Below are positions 20,307 through 31,210 of a stretch of 62,970 bases of DNA, one piece after another; position 1 is the stretch's first letter, and each line of letters begins with the position of its first letter. The DNA is from Calditrichaceae bacterium. Its GTDB lineage: Bacteria > Calditrichota > Calditrichia > Calditrichales > JBFXGD01. Below the pieces are notes generated by a model. It saw only the letters and a list, made by a program, of their open reading frames with translations, searched no databases and had not been told where the DNA came from. The position numbers and the translations under genes are program-made. The stretch is from contig JBFXLE010000026.1 in NCBI GenBank assembly GCA_050173015.1, positions 1 through 62,970 on the forward strand, given 5' to 3'.

Positions 20307-21820
20307 CTGTGACGCTCTCTGCGGGATTTAATTTTTGCGGCAATCATTGTAGAATAATTTCCCGATATTTCTTTTATTTTTTTCTTTTCCAGATCAGAGA
20401 TCAATCCAACTGCCCAAAGCGCGACGGGATAGCTCATCACCAGCAAAGTATCGAATGTTAATGCCAGCCATAAGGGATCTTTACCGACAATTCTGCTGAG
20501 ATAATAAATAACTATTCCTACCAGCAGGAAGCCGGCCATTCGCATCCATTCGAATGGTATTGGGAAAAATCGATCACCTATAAGATGTAATGCCACAACC
20601 TTAAACGTTATAGATACAAAAGTTGAGACGACCGCTCCCCAAACACCGTAATTCGAGATTAACACATAGTTCAGTATAAGATTCACACCGGCCATCGCAA
20701 AATTAACGTATGACCAGTATTCCGTTTTTTTTACAATAGATATTCCCAATCCGACATGATTATCAAGGCTATATACAATATAGGCTAACGCTATTGCCGG
20801 GGTATAATTAGCGGCATACCAGTATTCCGCGGGCGAAATTATTTTTATTATATCATGAACAAATATGCTTACAGCCAGCCCGGAAAAAATCATTAAAGCC
20901 ATATAATACGTGGCTATTTTAGCGAATATTTCAGGGGGGGCGCCATCTTTGTACAATGCAAAACGCCGTGGAGCCCAAATCTGCATAAACGGGACTCGTA
21001 TAAAATAATGTATCACATTTCCCAGCCGGTACCCCAGTGTGTAAATCCCCACATCGGCAACAGAGAGATACCCCCGAATAAAATAGCGGTCGGATGCATT
21101 TACAATCAGAGAAGCAAGATTTGCGGGAATGATCGGAAGACTGTATCTGAGCATATTTTTCGCCGCTGGAATAGAAAGCCGAACTCCGAACTGCATGATG
21201 AGATACGGGAGCGTAATGACCGCAAACACGGCAGAAACAATCAAATTCCCAAGAAATATTCCAATCAGTCCCTTTTCAAGATAAACAATAAAGAAAATTA
21301 TAAGCAGTAAATTTGCCGTGGTTTTCACAATAGAAAAAATTAAATAAACAGCCGATTTTTCTTTAACCCGCAAATAGGTATAAAAGAGTTCAACCATATT
21401 ACTCAAATACAAATTTGCTAAGGCAAGTATAATGTAAATCCCCTGGTTCGAATCTTCCAGAATCCAGGCCGCGGCTTTACCCGAAATCGGCACAAGCGCA
21501 ATCAAGAATGGAGTAGTGGTGATAAATACCCCAACCAACGCGGTACTAAAAATGGATTTTTGCTCTTTTGGATCATCGGTATCATAATAGAACCGGTAAA
21601 TGGCATCGGAAATACCAAGACTTATTACAATTCCTATAATTTCAATAGTAATTCCAACCAGTTGGAGAATGCCATAATCGTTTGTCGTAAGGTAATGAGT
21701 ATAAAGGGGGATTAGCAAAAATCCGACGATTCGGTTAAGTATCTGTGCTATTCCATATGTCGCGCTGTGTTTACTTAAGCGTTTTAGTTCACCGGTCAAA
21801 TTATTTGAATTTTTAGCCAT
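20303..21820 (-). CDS. wzx: Wzx-type oligosaccharide flippase
   Basis: Many TM helices; LIPLYTHYLT..YG, LRYSLP, SDRYFI...VGIY MOP-family pattern. Confidence 0.88.
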   Translation of the reverse strand: MAKNSNNLTGELKRLSKHSATYGIAQILNRIVGFLLIPLYTHYLTTNDYGILQLVGITIEIIGIVISLGISDAIYRFYYDTDDPKEQKSIFSTALVGVFITTTPFLIALVPISGKAAAWILEDSNQGIYIILALANLYLSNMVELFYTYLRVKEKSAVYLIFSIVKTTANLLLIIFFIVYLEKGLIGIFLGNLIVSAVFAVITLPYLIMQFGVRLSIPAAKNMLRYSLPIIPANLASLIVNASDRYFIRGYLSVADVGIYTLGYRLGNVIHYFIRVPFMQIWAPRRFALYKDGAPPEIFAKIATYYMALMIFSGLAVSIFVHDIIKIISPAEYWYAANYTPAIALAYIVYSLDNHVGLGISIVKKTEYWSYVNFAMAGVNLILNYVLISNYGVWGAVVSTFVSITFKVVALHLIGDRFFPIPFEWMRMAGFLLVGIVIYYLSRIVGKDPLWLALTFDTLLVMSYPVALWAVGLISDLEKKKIKEISGNYSTMIAAKIKSRRERHR

Positions 21821-21836
21821 TTATGTCTCTGTAATC

Positions 21837-23753
21837 CTATTGTCTGTGTTGAATCGTATTAATACTGTTAATGTGTAAGTTCTTAACACCGGTGTGCTCA
21901 ACAAAAAATTCAGAATAAAACAGGGAAATGGTAACAAGGGCGCTGAAAATCGAGTATAAATTTTTCCCGCTCATCTGCATTCTATCCAGTTTGTCTATGC
22001 CGTTTTTACTAAATAATCCCAATTCCAGAACAGAAGGATTGTGTAAAATTTCCAAAACCCGGTTCCGTAACTCTTTATCATTTCTGTATTTATAATCAAA
22101 GAATCCTCTGGTACTAAAGAAATCAATTTTTCCCCTGGTTAAACGGTTAAGATAGTAGAGATATTTTGAAAGATACTCGACTGTGTTTTTTCTTCTATAG
22201 GAATAGTTATCTAACGGCAGACCGGTATGAGCGTTTGGAATTTTGCTAAGTTCAGGGAAATCATTCAAAAAAATCGACCGATATAACTTTTTTTCAAACC
22301 TGTGCTCCGGCGGTACTTTCATGCTGAAGTCAAAAAAATCGTAATCTAAAAACGGAAACCCATATTCTATTGTACCCCGATGGGCTTCTGATGTGCCAAG
22401 AACATATCTTCGTCCACGATTATTAAAATAGAAATAATATTCGAAGCTATTCACATCCTCAGGGTCAAATTTTCTCACTTCTTCCAGAAAATTATCTTTT
22501 GGAGCATGTGTAAGTTTTTTGATCCAATACGGATTCAGGATTCCATCAAAATTCCCCGCGGTATCAAACACAAAATGTTCTAAGAGCAGCTCAGGCAGCA
22601 GCTTTATAAATTTTCGTTTGCGAAGAAGCAAATCTTCTTCCCGCGTGTATGGGTTAAAGAGCATATCCGGTCCGATTCCATGAAAAATATAATTCGTCCG
22701 GCTTTGATCTACTAATTCTATCCAGGGTATATAAATATATTGTTCAACCGCATAATGGCCATCCCCAACAATCGATCCTTTAATAAAAGCATCAGAAAGT
22801 TTTGATTCACGATTATCGAACAACAGAAATTCACTATTACAGACTTTTGCGATTTTTGCTGCTATTTTTGTCTCAGGCCAATCCGGAAAACCGAAATGAT
22901 ACGAAATGATATCATTTCTTACCTCCGATGAGTGCGCCAATAGCATCCGGGAGTCAAGACCTCCGCTCAATGTAATTCCAATTTTCCTGTCTGATTTTAA
23001 ACTTCTATGTATTGCTTGTTTAAAATGATGGCTTCCTTCTTCCATCAAATCCTGGTAAGATTTATCAGAAAGTTGCGTCTCACGCGGGTAATCCCAGTAT
23101 TGAGATTTGTCAACGTCCTCCGAATTAATTTCCCAAAACGACGCCCGGGGTAGTAAACTTACATCTTCAAAAAATGTTTTATCACCCATGATAAAATGAA
23201 AACTCAACATATCAATGACTGAACTTTCGTTCAGGTTTCTTTGAACAAATCCTGAAGCAAGAATCGCTTTTAACTCGGAAGAAAAAATGAAGTATTCAGA
23301 ATTCGCGTAAATGTACACTTTTCGAATTCCATATCGGTCGTTCATAAGAAAGAGCTTTTGCTCTTTAAAATCGTATATCGCTAACGCGAAAATACCTTTA
23401 ATATAATGGACCATTTTTTTACCATAGAATTCAAATAACCTGAGAGCGACTTCTTCCTCCGTATTCATCTCAAAATGAAGTCCTTTTGATATTAGCTTCT
23501 TCTTTTCATTTTCATAATCAAATATTTCCCCATCCATAAAGAGACAATATCTTTTGTCATGGCTCCAGCAAGGTTGCGTACTTGTGTTGATCGCGCCCAG
23601 ACTAACTCTGCCTAAAGCTATATTTTCATCATGATAGGAATCGGTAAGGTCGTTACTGCCATAGACAATCTTCCGCATCATAACTTCTAAGATATGTTCG
23701 CCTATCTCAGGTTCAATTCTCCTTTTAAAAACTATTCCAGCTAATCCGGGCAT
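21837..23753 (-). CDS. Asparagine synthase-related amidotransferase lacking the N-terminal catalytic Cys
   Basis: MPGLAG N-terminus, DGEI, DRYG, FSSELKA, LSGGLDSR, PFLD. Confidence 0.85.
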   Translation of the reverse strand: MPGLAGIVFKRRIEPEIGEHILEVMMRKIVYGSNDLTDSYHDENIALGRVSLGAINTSTQPCWSHDKRYCLFMDGEIFDYENEKKKLISKGLHFEMNTEEEVALRLFEFYGKKMVHYIKGIFALAIYDFKEQKLFLMNDRYGIRKVYIYANSEYFIFSSELKAILASGFVQRNLNESSVIDMLSFHFIMGDKTFFEDVSLLPRASFWEINSEDVDKSQYWDYPRETQLSDKSYQDLMEEGSHHFKQAIHRSLKSDRKIGITLSGGLDSRMLLAHSSEVRNDIISYHFGFPDWPETKIAAKIAKVCNSEFLLFDNRESKLSDAFIKGSIVGDGHYAVEQYIYIPWIELVDQSRTNYIFHGIGPDMLFNPYTREEDLLLRKRKFIKLLPELLLEHFVFDTAGNFDGILNPYWIKKLTHAPKDNFLEEVRKFDPEDVNSFEYYFYFNNRGRRYVLGTSEAHRGTIEYGFPFLDYDFFDFSMKVPPEHRFEKKLYRSIFLNDFPELSKIPNAHTGLPLDNYSYRRKNTVEYLSKYLYYLNRLTRGKIDFFSTRGFFDYKYRNDKELRNRVLEILHNPSVLELGLFSKNGIDKLDRMQMSGKNLYSIFSALVTISLFYSEFFVEHTGVKNLHINSINTIQHRQ

Positions 23754-23854
23754 ATCTGACTCTTTTTATTTAAAAGATGTATCAATTTTTTATTCTTTCT
23801 TTTATTCCGAATGAAATTAATGACCACAAAAACGTTTATACATCTTAATTGATT

Positions 23855-25000
23855 TTATTTTGCGTGATGAAATATTTTTATATCAAGCATACCGCGAATC
23901 AGCTTTTTTGCGGATCCTGCCATTTTTTTTATCTCGGGCTTGGGATCCAAAAACATATATTTTAATTCTGTTTCGCTAAATTTAAATCGGATTTTTCGCT
24001 TACTTGTGATGTTTTTGGCGATCTGCTTCAGTACTGCCTGCCGCATTATAAATTTTCCGGATTCATAAACGGGCATGGGGAACTTTTTCCCCAACGCGGT
24101 CAAGATTGCAAGGTATGGGAAGTTCACCCCGACAACCAAAGAACCTGTCACTGTATTCCAGAATCTGGCATTAAAATCAACTAGTTTGACTTGTTTATCT
24201 TCCGTATCATATCGAAAATCAAAATGCGCCACTCCTGTCCAGTTTGTAGCTGATACGATACGCTCCGCCGTTTCCAGTGTAAGCGGATGGTGGACAAATT
24301 CAATACCGGAAGAATAGGCAAATTTTCTCAAAATTATACCCTTCTGTATCGTATACGCAAGAATCTTTCCATCCTTAGCCAGAACACTACAGTCAATATC
24401 AAAACCGTTTATATAGCTCTGAACAATAAATTTATTCTCGTATTTCTTGTTTCTCTTTAAAAATCTGATCAATTCTTCTTTCATCTTAAATGATTTAATC
24501 TGATCACCGGCACCGCCACGCGCGGGCTTTAATAAAGCCGGAAAAGTGATTTGATCCAGACACTTTTCAAATTGACTGTCATCCGTATAAAGAATTGTCT
24601 TAGGTCCGGGAATATCATGATCGCTTAGTAATTGCGATAATTTCCATTTATCAACGACCTTATTAAAAATATCTAAATCGGGAATGGGCATAATAGGAGC
24701 TAATTTTTCAAGCTCTATTCTGTGTTCTGCCATAAAACTTATGGAGGGTTCTCTCACGGCCATAATAATGTCTGCACCCGTTTCCTTAACAGCATCACGA
24801 ATTTTATTTAATCTCTGCAGATCATTTTCCACTTTTTCAGAATAGTAGGAATCTACATATTTAGAAGAACGCAATAAAGTTTGACTATATCTCGAGAAAA
24901 CATGTAGTTTTACATCAGAATGCTGCGCAAGACATCGGGCAACGGATAATGGTAATTCACCATCCGCATCAATAATGAGTACAGATAAATCTCGTTTCAT
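23855..25000 (-). CDS. ATP-grasp domain ligase
   Basis: DKW, FPALLKP..G.G, IVQSYI.G, DFNARFW. Confidence 0.85.
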   Translation of the reverse strand: MKRDLSVLIIDADGELPLSVARCLAQHSDVKLHVFSRYSQTLLRSSKYVDSYYSEKVENDLQRLNKIRDAVKETGADIIMAVREPSISFMAEHRIELEKLAPIMPIPDLDIFNKVVDKWKLSQLLSDHDIPGPKTILYTDDSQFEKCLDQITFPALLKPARGGAGDQIKSFKMKEELIRFLKRNKKYENKFIVQSYINGFDIDCSVLAKDGKILAYTIQKGIILRKFAYSSGIEFVHHPLTLETAERIVSATNWTGVAHFDFRYDTEDKQVKLVDFNARFWNTVTGSLVVGVNFPYLAILTALGKKFPMPVYESGKFIMRQAVLKQIAKNITSKRKIRFKFSETELKYMFLDPKPEIKKMAGSAKKLIRGMLDIKIFHHAK

Positions 25001-25089
25001 TATTATTAACTTCCTGTATTTGATATCTTAAAAAATTATCATTTTGGAATTAGTCAGGATAAGAAGAAATTGAGTTAATTTTTTTCTCA

Positions 25090-26058
25090 TTAGTTGGTAT
25101 TTGTAAAGGCTTGATTTATTCCGGATAACTGTGAGTTAAAGGTTCTGTCAAAATTTCTCGGATTACTAAACCTCTTTAATTCAAATTTATCCGTTGTCTG
25201 ATCATTAAGTCCTCTTACCATAGTAAAGGCGCATTTGAATCCATTCTCTTTTACAATAGACTTTGCTTCATCAGAGTAATCTTGTTTTGAACCATTAGGA
25301 TAGGCAAAAGCGGTTATCGGTTTATTAAGATTTTTTTCGATAATCCTTTTTGATTCACTAACTTCACTTTGAATATCCTGATGATTTAAGCAGGACAATA
25401 TTTCATGCTTGTGGGTATGTGCCCCGAATTCAATATTTCTTCCTGAAAGTTCGCGAACTTCATCCCAGTTCATCGCCGCGTATTTATCGGGTGGCGTTTC
25501 GGGCAAGCTCACCCTCAGTTCTTTAGCCAAATTTTGTAAAAAATCAATTCGCTCTTCCCTTCCCAGGAGAACACAATGTTCGTGAATGATCTTTCTCGCG
25601 TTCATTTTTTCCGGATTTGATTTTATTGAAATTGATTCATTTCCATTAAAATGTAAATTGAACGATCTGAGTTGAGTCTTATAAAATATAAATCGATAGA
25701 GATCCTGCCACATCCACATTTTTTGATTAATAAAGTTTGTCGTTAAAAAAACAACAGCCGGTGCTGAATATTTTTCAAGAATCGGAAATGCATCTGAATA
25801 AAAATCATGATAGCCATCATCAAAAGTAATCAGAAGGCCCTTCCGGATATCTTTTCTTCCTTCAAGAACATTAAAAAACTCCTGAAATGGAATAATTGAG
25901 TAGTGTTTTGCAAGGTACTCAATTTGTTTCTCAAATACATCCGTATCTATGCTGAAATAGTCATGCCCACGGTTTACCCGGTGATAACAAATCACTCTCA
26001 ATTTTGCTTTTGTCGCATTTAGATACGCGCTGGAAAAGATTTTTTTAATTAGCAGCAA
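25090..26058 (-). CDS. Polysaccharide deacetylase (CE4)
   Basis: CYHRV, TFDDGY, FGAHTHKH, FAYPNG. Confidence 0.92.
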   Translation of the reverse strand: MLLIKKIFSSAYLNATKAKLRVICYHRVNRGHDYFSIDTDVFEKQIEYLAKHYSIIPFQEFFNVLEGRKDIRKGLLITFDDGYHDFYSDAFPILEKYSAPAVVFLTTNFINQKMWMWQDLYRFIFYKTQLRSFNLHFNGNESISIKSNPEKMNARKIIHEHCVLLGREERIDFLQNLAKELRVSLPETPPDKYAAMNWDEVRELSGRNIEFGAHTHKHEILSCLNHQDIQSEVSESKRIIEKNLNKPITAFAYPNGSKQDYSDEAKSIVKENGFKCAFTMVRGLNDQTTDKFELKRFSNPRNFDRTFNSQLSGINQAFTNTN

Positions 26059-26083
26059 TTGATTAATTCCCTTTTATCTCAAA

Positions 26084-27145
26084 CTACATATCATCTTCAC
26101 ACTGCAACAGAAGCCAGTCTTTATTATCCGTACTCTGATCATGACTATCATCTTTTGAATCACACAAATATATCATTACCTTTTCGTCTTCTTTCCTCTC
26201 ATGGAAACCCCATTTTTTCATACCCGAAATAAAAATATTTTCGCTATTCATTAAAGTCATGCTGACCGTGTCTGCCTTCAAACTTCTTACATACTTCAGA
26301 AAGGATGAGAACAGATGTTCAAATTCACTGCTCAGATCATACAAGACATCTCTTATCTCAATTGTGTTTTCCATCTGTCTAAAGATGATATAGCCTGCCA
26401 ATTTCCCGTCTTGCTTGTTAACCAATGTAAAAATAAAATGTTTTAACTCCTGATGATAGGGTGATTTCAAATATTTCCATTCCAGTATGGTCCCTAACCG
26501 CTCTGATCTGCCACTAAAACGCGTGCGTACCCGTTCCCAGAGATGATCAAATCGTTCATCAAAATTATCTACAATCTCACCGCGATACTTCCCTGAATTT
26601 ATTTTCCATGTCTCAAAGGATGACAGCCGGAGTATTGCGTTTAAAATGGGGCCTGCTACCGGTGCCCAATACCTCCCCGCCGGCAATCTTGATAAATGAT
26701 TCTGAGTTTTTAGTATTTTTACAAGACGAATTTTCTCCCCAAGAATCTTATAACCTGTTCGTTTTAAAACAGGTTCGGAAGCCTTATTCGGGAAACTGTA
26801 AATCAAATCAAATGTTTCCCCCTTCAGCGCGGAAATCACTTCTCTCTGGAGCATCAGCGCGGGTCCGGCAATCCTGTGATTTTTATTCATGAATAAATCA
26901 CCGGCGATGGCCGCATTTTTGATGCCCCCCTGAATGAACATTCTAACGGGAAACAGAGCGGTTACGCCAACAAACTCGCCCGATTTATCGTCCCTTATCA
27001 GCCAGGCATGCGTCTCGCCTCCGGGACAATTTTTGTAAATCCAATCGTATCTTTCAGTTATTACTTTTTGTGAATTCTTTTTCCAGATACCAATAATATC
27101 ATCTTTGTTTTTATTTATATCTGCTTTGATGATACTGTAACTCAT
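26084..27145 (-). CDS. GNAT-family N-acyltransferase (tandem GNAT fold)
   Basis: W.Y...P.G, AGDLFMNKNHR..G, YSFPN..S, L.WKY..SP pattern of EPS-associated GNATs. Confidence 0.75.
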   Translation of the reverse strand: MSYSIIKADINKNKDDIIGIWKKNSQKVITERYDWIYKNCPGGETHAWLIRDDKSGEFVGVTALFPVRMFIQGGIKNAAIAGDLFMNKNHRIAGPALMLQREVISALKGETFDLIYSFPNKASEPVLKRTGYKILGEKIRLVKILKTQNHLSRLPAGRYWAPVAGPILNAILRLSSFETWKINSGKYRGEIVDNFDERFDHLWERVRTRFSGRSERLGTILEWKYLKSPYHQELKHFIFTLVNKQDGKLAGYIIFRQMENTIEIRDVLYDLSSEFEHLFSSFLKYVRSLKADTVSMTLMNSENIFISGMKKWGFHERKEDEKVMIYLCDSKDDSHDQSTDNKDWLLLQCEDDM

Positions 27146-27178
27146 AAGACAACTTTCTTTTCTCGGTTTTAAACTTCG

Positions 27179-28540
27179 TTAAACATAATCATGACGTTTT
27201 ACAATGATCTTGTTTTCGTCCAAATTCCCTTCACCTGCTGCCATACGCGTCAAATCTAAAAATTGACGAACCGAACTTTTCGGATTATCAGGATCATGAT
27301 AGTCTTTGTTTTTTGTCAAAGGATAAATAATATATTTAGCCCCAAAATAATCTAATGCCAACGGATCCACCCCTGCAGTAATCGTTTTCATCCTGGTTGC
27401 TTTCGCAGGATCGACACGGCTGCCCCAGCCTACCCATTCCGCTGTTATAATATTTAAATCCGCTTTACGGATTTTTTTTATGAAATATCCAATAGGAGCT
27501 GCTTTAGCATATGGGTAAAACCTCTCCCCGCATTCATGCACATTTGAATATCCCTTCGGCTTTAACCCCCAGTCACCGCAGGAAAGATCAGTAATTCCCA
27601 TGTAATTTTTTACGGCGCTTGTGATACCTGTATCATCACCATGTGTGTTCAATACGGCAAAATTGATCAGTTTAACCGGTTTCTCAGGTAGAAATTTTAG
27701 TCCGCCGTTTTCTGAACGAAGATAAGCCCCATTCTTCAAATCGATAGTAATCCCGCTGTAATTTGACGTAAAAACAGGATAAGTCATCTTGACCTTCCAG
27801 GTTTTGAGTCCCCACAGGCCTGAACATTCAAAATCATCATCTGTCCACACATATCCATCACCTTCTGCGGCAGATTTAATTATTCCTCCCTCTTGTCCGT
27901 TTCCGAATATATCCCGTTTCGGTCCCCCGTCTCGCCAGAATGCCCTGGAAATGTTTTTAATATTTTTTCCATGATATATAGAAATCATTGTATTTATATT
28001 ATGATTTACTCCGTCAATATCACCATTAATCTCACTAAAATGTACCCACCCTCTGATGTTCTCTTCTTCTCCTTCAGGAAGTGATGTGTCCATAAAATGA
28101 TGATTTTCTGCAATAATGATCTCTCCGTCAAATCCGGGTATTTCCAATACAATATCAATAAACGCCTTCATCGCGGCAAGATTTGTCCGCCCCTGATTCC
28201 ACCATTGCAAATTTGGTTTTAGGATAACAATATCGGAGGCACCTATATAATTCTGAATACCGCCCAGCATTTCGATAACTTTTTCAACGTTCTGCTGTGG
28301 AGTTCCGCCTGAAGACACAAAAACTTCGGACTTATCATTCAGATTTTTCACCTGATTTTCGCTTATGAATTGCATTGATGATAATCTGGCATACGGAGCC
28401 AGATTTTCGGCAAATCCCCTTAACATTCTTTTAAATCCCCCCAATAATGGTTTTGCAAAAAACAAAGCCATTAAAGCCGCGATCCCCGCGCCTAAAATCT
28501 TTAAAAATGAACGTTTGTTATAATCTACCAATCTTTTCAA
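27179..28540 (-). CDS. DUF362 domain protein with Tat-like N-terminus
   Basis: KRSFLK + hydrophobic helix; VILKPN, IIIAE, LNTH...ITSAVKN.MG, DPLALD. Confidence 0.75.
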   Translation of the reverse strand: MKRLVDYNKRSFLKILGAGIAALMALFFAKPLLGGFKRMLRGFAENLAPYARLSSMQFISENQVKNLNDKSEVFVSSGGTPQQNVEKVIEMLGGIQNYIGASDIVILKPNLQWWNQGRTNLAAMKAFIDIVLEIPGFDGEIIIAENHHFMDTSLPEGEEENIRGWVHFSEINGDIDGVNHNINTMISIYHGKNIKNISRAFWRDGGPKRDIFGNGQEGGIIKSAAEGDGYVWTDDDFECSGLWGLKTWKVKMTYPVFTSNYSGITIDLKNGAYLRSENGGLKFLPEKPVKLINFAVLNTHGDDTGITSAVKNYMGITDLSCGDWGLKPKGYSNVHECGERFYPYAKAAPIGYFIKKIRKADLNIITAEWVGWGSRVDPAKATRMKTITAGVDPLALDYFGAKYIIYPLTKNKDYHDPDNPKSSVRQFLDLTRMAAGEGNLDENKIIVKRHDYV

Positions 28541-28609
28541 ATCTCCCGAATAAGTTAAAACTACTTAGAATGTTAAAATAAAAAATTTGCCTGATATTAA
28601 ATCTTAGAA

Positions 28610-29644
28610 TTATTTTGAAGAGTGATGATCCAATCGCCCCTTGCCCCCGTTAATCATCGATTCAACAATGATCTGCTCTAAATCCAGAGCTTTTTCCAGA
28701 GGCATATCAATATTATAGTCGTCTTTATAGACAAAGGTTGGCTTTTCTTTATAGGCATAGTGGTGCCAAACCGGAGAAAATTCAGTAATCATATACCCAT
28801 TCTTACCTTTAATAAAATCTATGTTCAGCCAAGTCACATCCAGCCCTTTTGCAAGATTTTCAGAGATCGCGATAACCTCAGACGGGATCTTACTCCACTG
28901 GCCGATCCCCCCTCCATCAATATTCATTTTCCACATGTCATCCTTCGCCTTCAACCGCCAATGCGCTTCGACAACCTTGTGATTCCCTACTACCGTTTTT
29001 ATATCACTATCATGCGCGATAAATTTTTGAGCAAGCAGAGGCGTCGTTAGGAAAGGATAGTTCATTTTTTTTTCTTTAATAAGATGATATAAAAAGATTC
29101 TCTTAGTAAACATTGAGAACAAATACGTGAATGCCGCAAAGCTGAAAAAATTCATTTTTGATAAATTATAATATTTCTCCAGTTCTTTTCTTGAATTAAC
29201 CTGAAAAACATTGTCCCCCCCCGCACCAAATCTGTTTTTCAAAATCATCGGAAATCCCAGTTTTTTTTCTGCCAGATCCAATGAGGTTTTCGAATATAAT
29301 GGATAGGTTTCAGGCATCGGATGTTTCATTGAGTTTAGGTACAAATATTGTTTGTATTTATCATTATAAAAATGGATAATTTTGGGGTCGGGATACATGA
29401 GAATCGATGGATTGAGCATTTTTATATGCGCTAAGTTATCATAAACCTCATACAAAGCAAGCGGATGATTTGAGCTGAACTTGAAAGTTGGGTAGTAAAT
29501 TAAAATATCCGCTGAACCAAAATCATAGTCAAGCCAGCTATTATTACCGAAATCCAATATATCACATTCTATATTGTGCTCTGCCAATTTTTTTGCGAAG
29601 GCATCAAAACGCTCTTCAGATTTAAACAGGACCGCTTTCGGCAT
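28610..29644 (-). CDS. RimK-like ATP-grasp ligase
   Basis: DKYKQY...PMPET, FPMILK..GAGG, AQKFI..D, WKMNIDGGG, ITEFSP. Confidence 0.85.
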   Translation of the reverse strand: MPKAVLFKSEERFDAFAKKLAEHNIECDILDFGNNSWLDYDFGSADILIYYPTFKFSSNHPLALYEVYDNLAHIKMLNPSILMYPDPKIIHFYNDKYKQYLYLNSMKHPMPETYPLYSKTSLDLAEKKLGFPMILKNRFGAGGDNVFQVNSRKELEKYYNLSKMNFFSFAAFTYLFSMFTKRIFLYHLIKEKKMNYPFLTTPLLAQKFIAHDSDIKTVVGNHKVVEAHWRLKAKDDMWKMNIDGGGIGQWSKIPSEVIAISENLAKGLDVTWLNIDFIKGKNGYMITEFSPVWHHYAYKEKPTFVYKDDYNIDMPLEKALDLEQIIVESMINGGKGRLDHHSSK

Positions 29645-29671
29645 AATTTAATCAATTCCTTATAGTTGTAT

Positions 29672-30820
29672 TTAAACTCTAACCGGTTTCCATGAGATAA
29701 TCTCTTTCCTTCTGAGAAAATCGAATACTCCCATTGTTGCTGAAAAATTGACAAGAATAAAATAATAGGGAACAGTTAAAATTTTTAATTGCATGCCTCT
29801 CTTATTCAGAACAGAACCCGTAATTGCAAACAGAAACAACAGGCAATATCCCGCAAAAAACAAACCATATAAATTATTGGCGGAAAGCGCTATTGACGCG
29901 ATTATGTTGATTCCGACAAATAGACCTACAAACCATCGTAATATCTTATGAAAAATAATCTGCATGGAAAGCGAAAAATGACTGAAAGGATTTAACATTT
30001 CCGGATAAGCCCTTAACCCGTTGAGCCCGCGAAGTGTTATTCTTCGCCGTGTATTAAATTCGTGCTCTGAATGAATATTGGGCTCTTCCATAACTACGGC
30101 GTGTTCTTCCAGAACAACTTTTTTTCCCTGTAAAATCACAAGCAATGGTGTAATCAAATCGCTGATTATGTTTTTCTCCAGCATTACATAATTGCTTTTA
30201 CGAATGGCATATAATGGACCGTCGACGCCAATCATCTGTCCTATCCTTGATTCAAGATTTCTTATATTATTTTCATATTTCCAATAAAGTCCCTGGCTTT
30301 TTGTTGTGATATTCAGGTCGGTGTCAACATAAACCATCCTTCCCGCGACACAACCAACCCTTTTGTCCGAGAAATTCTGAACAATTTTTCGCAGAGCGTT
30401 CTTATCAACAAGGGAAGCCGCATCCATAAATAAAATTATTTCCCCGTTCGCGCGCTCAACACTTTCATTCTGAATGATCACCTTACCTCTGTTTGTTCGA
30501 AAATCAAGAAGTTTAATCCCCTTCTCTTTATATCTGCCAGCAATATCACAGGTCTTATCGGTTGAGCCGTCCGATGCGATGATTATTTCCAGATGCTCCT
30601 TTGGATAATCCAGATTGAGTGTATTTTCAATTTTCTGTCCAATATGCTTTTCTTCATTAAAAGCGCTTATTACCACAGAAACAGATGGATAAATATCCTT
30701 TTTTTGAACATAAAATGGCTTTACTTTTGAAATCACAAACAATATAAAAGGATATAAAAAATACGTTGATATAATTAGTGACAGCGTAGACCAGAAAATT
30801 ATTTTTAAAATGAAATCCAT
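29672..30820 (-). CDS. Glycosyltransferase family 2 (membrane)
   Basis: AFNEE, SDGSTD, FMDA, YWKYE, RRRI; N- and C-terminal TM helices. Confidence 0.92.
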   Translation of the reverse strand: MDFILKIIFWSTLSLIISTYFLYPFILFVISKVKPFYVQKKDIYPSVSVVISAFNEEKHIGQKIENTLNLDYPKEHLEIIIASDGSTDKTCDIAGRYKEKGIKLLDFRTNRGKVIIQNESVERANGEIILFMDAASLVDKNALRKIVQNFSDKRVGCVAGRMVYVDTDLNITTKSQGLYWKYENNIRNLESRIGQMIGVDGPLYAIRKSNYVMLEKNIISDLITPLLVILQGKKVVLEEHAVVMEEPNIHSEHEFNTRRRITLRGLNGLRAYPEMLNPFSHFSLSMQIIFHKILRWFVGLFVGINIIASIALSANNLYGLFFAGYCLLFLFAITGSVLNKRGMQLKILTVPYYFILVNFSATMGVFDFLRRKEIISWKPVRV

Positions 30821-30875
30821 TCAAATGACCTAAGTGTTTGTAATTAACGTTTTTTCTGAAATTTTTAATTTGATC

Positions 30876-31127
30876 TTAATTTTTTCCATTCATCTTATTT
30901 TTGATAAAATTCTCAATATTTATCAGTGAATCCAGATTCTCCGGAATAATTTCCTCATCATCTATTTTTATGCTATAATTTTGCTCAATGTATGCCACCA
31001 GCTCCAGCACGCCTGTAGAGTCAATGATGCCGTTTTCAAGCAATGAGGTGTCAGCGCTATATTCTTTAACCATATCCACCATAAAATTTTCGCTAAAGAA
31101 GTTTATCAGTTGATCTCTGATTTCCAT
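30876..31127 (-). CDS. Acyl/aminoacyl carrier protein
   Basis: 83 aa, acidic; GIIDSTG phosphopantetheinylation Ser; PENLDS. Confidence 0.92.
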   Translation of the reverse strand: MEIRDQLINFFSENFMVDMVKEYSADTSLLENGIIDSTGVLELVAYIEQNYSIKIDDEEIIPENLDSLINIENFIKNKMNGKN

Positions 31128-31210
31128 ACTTATATTCTCCTGAATTTTATAATTTCTTACTCAAAGTTGATTATTAATCTCTCTGATCATATCCTTCAAT
31201 TCCGGACTGA

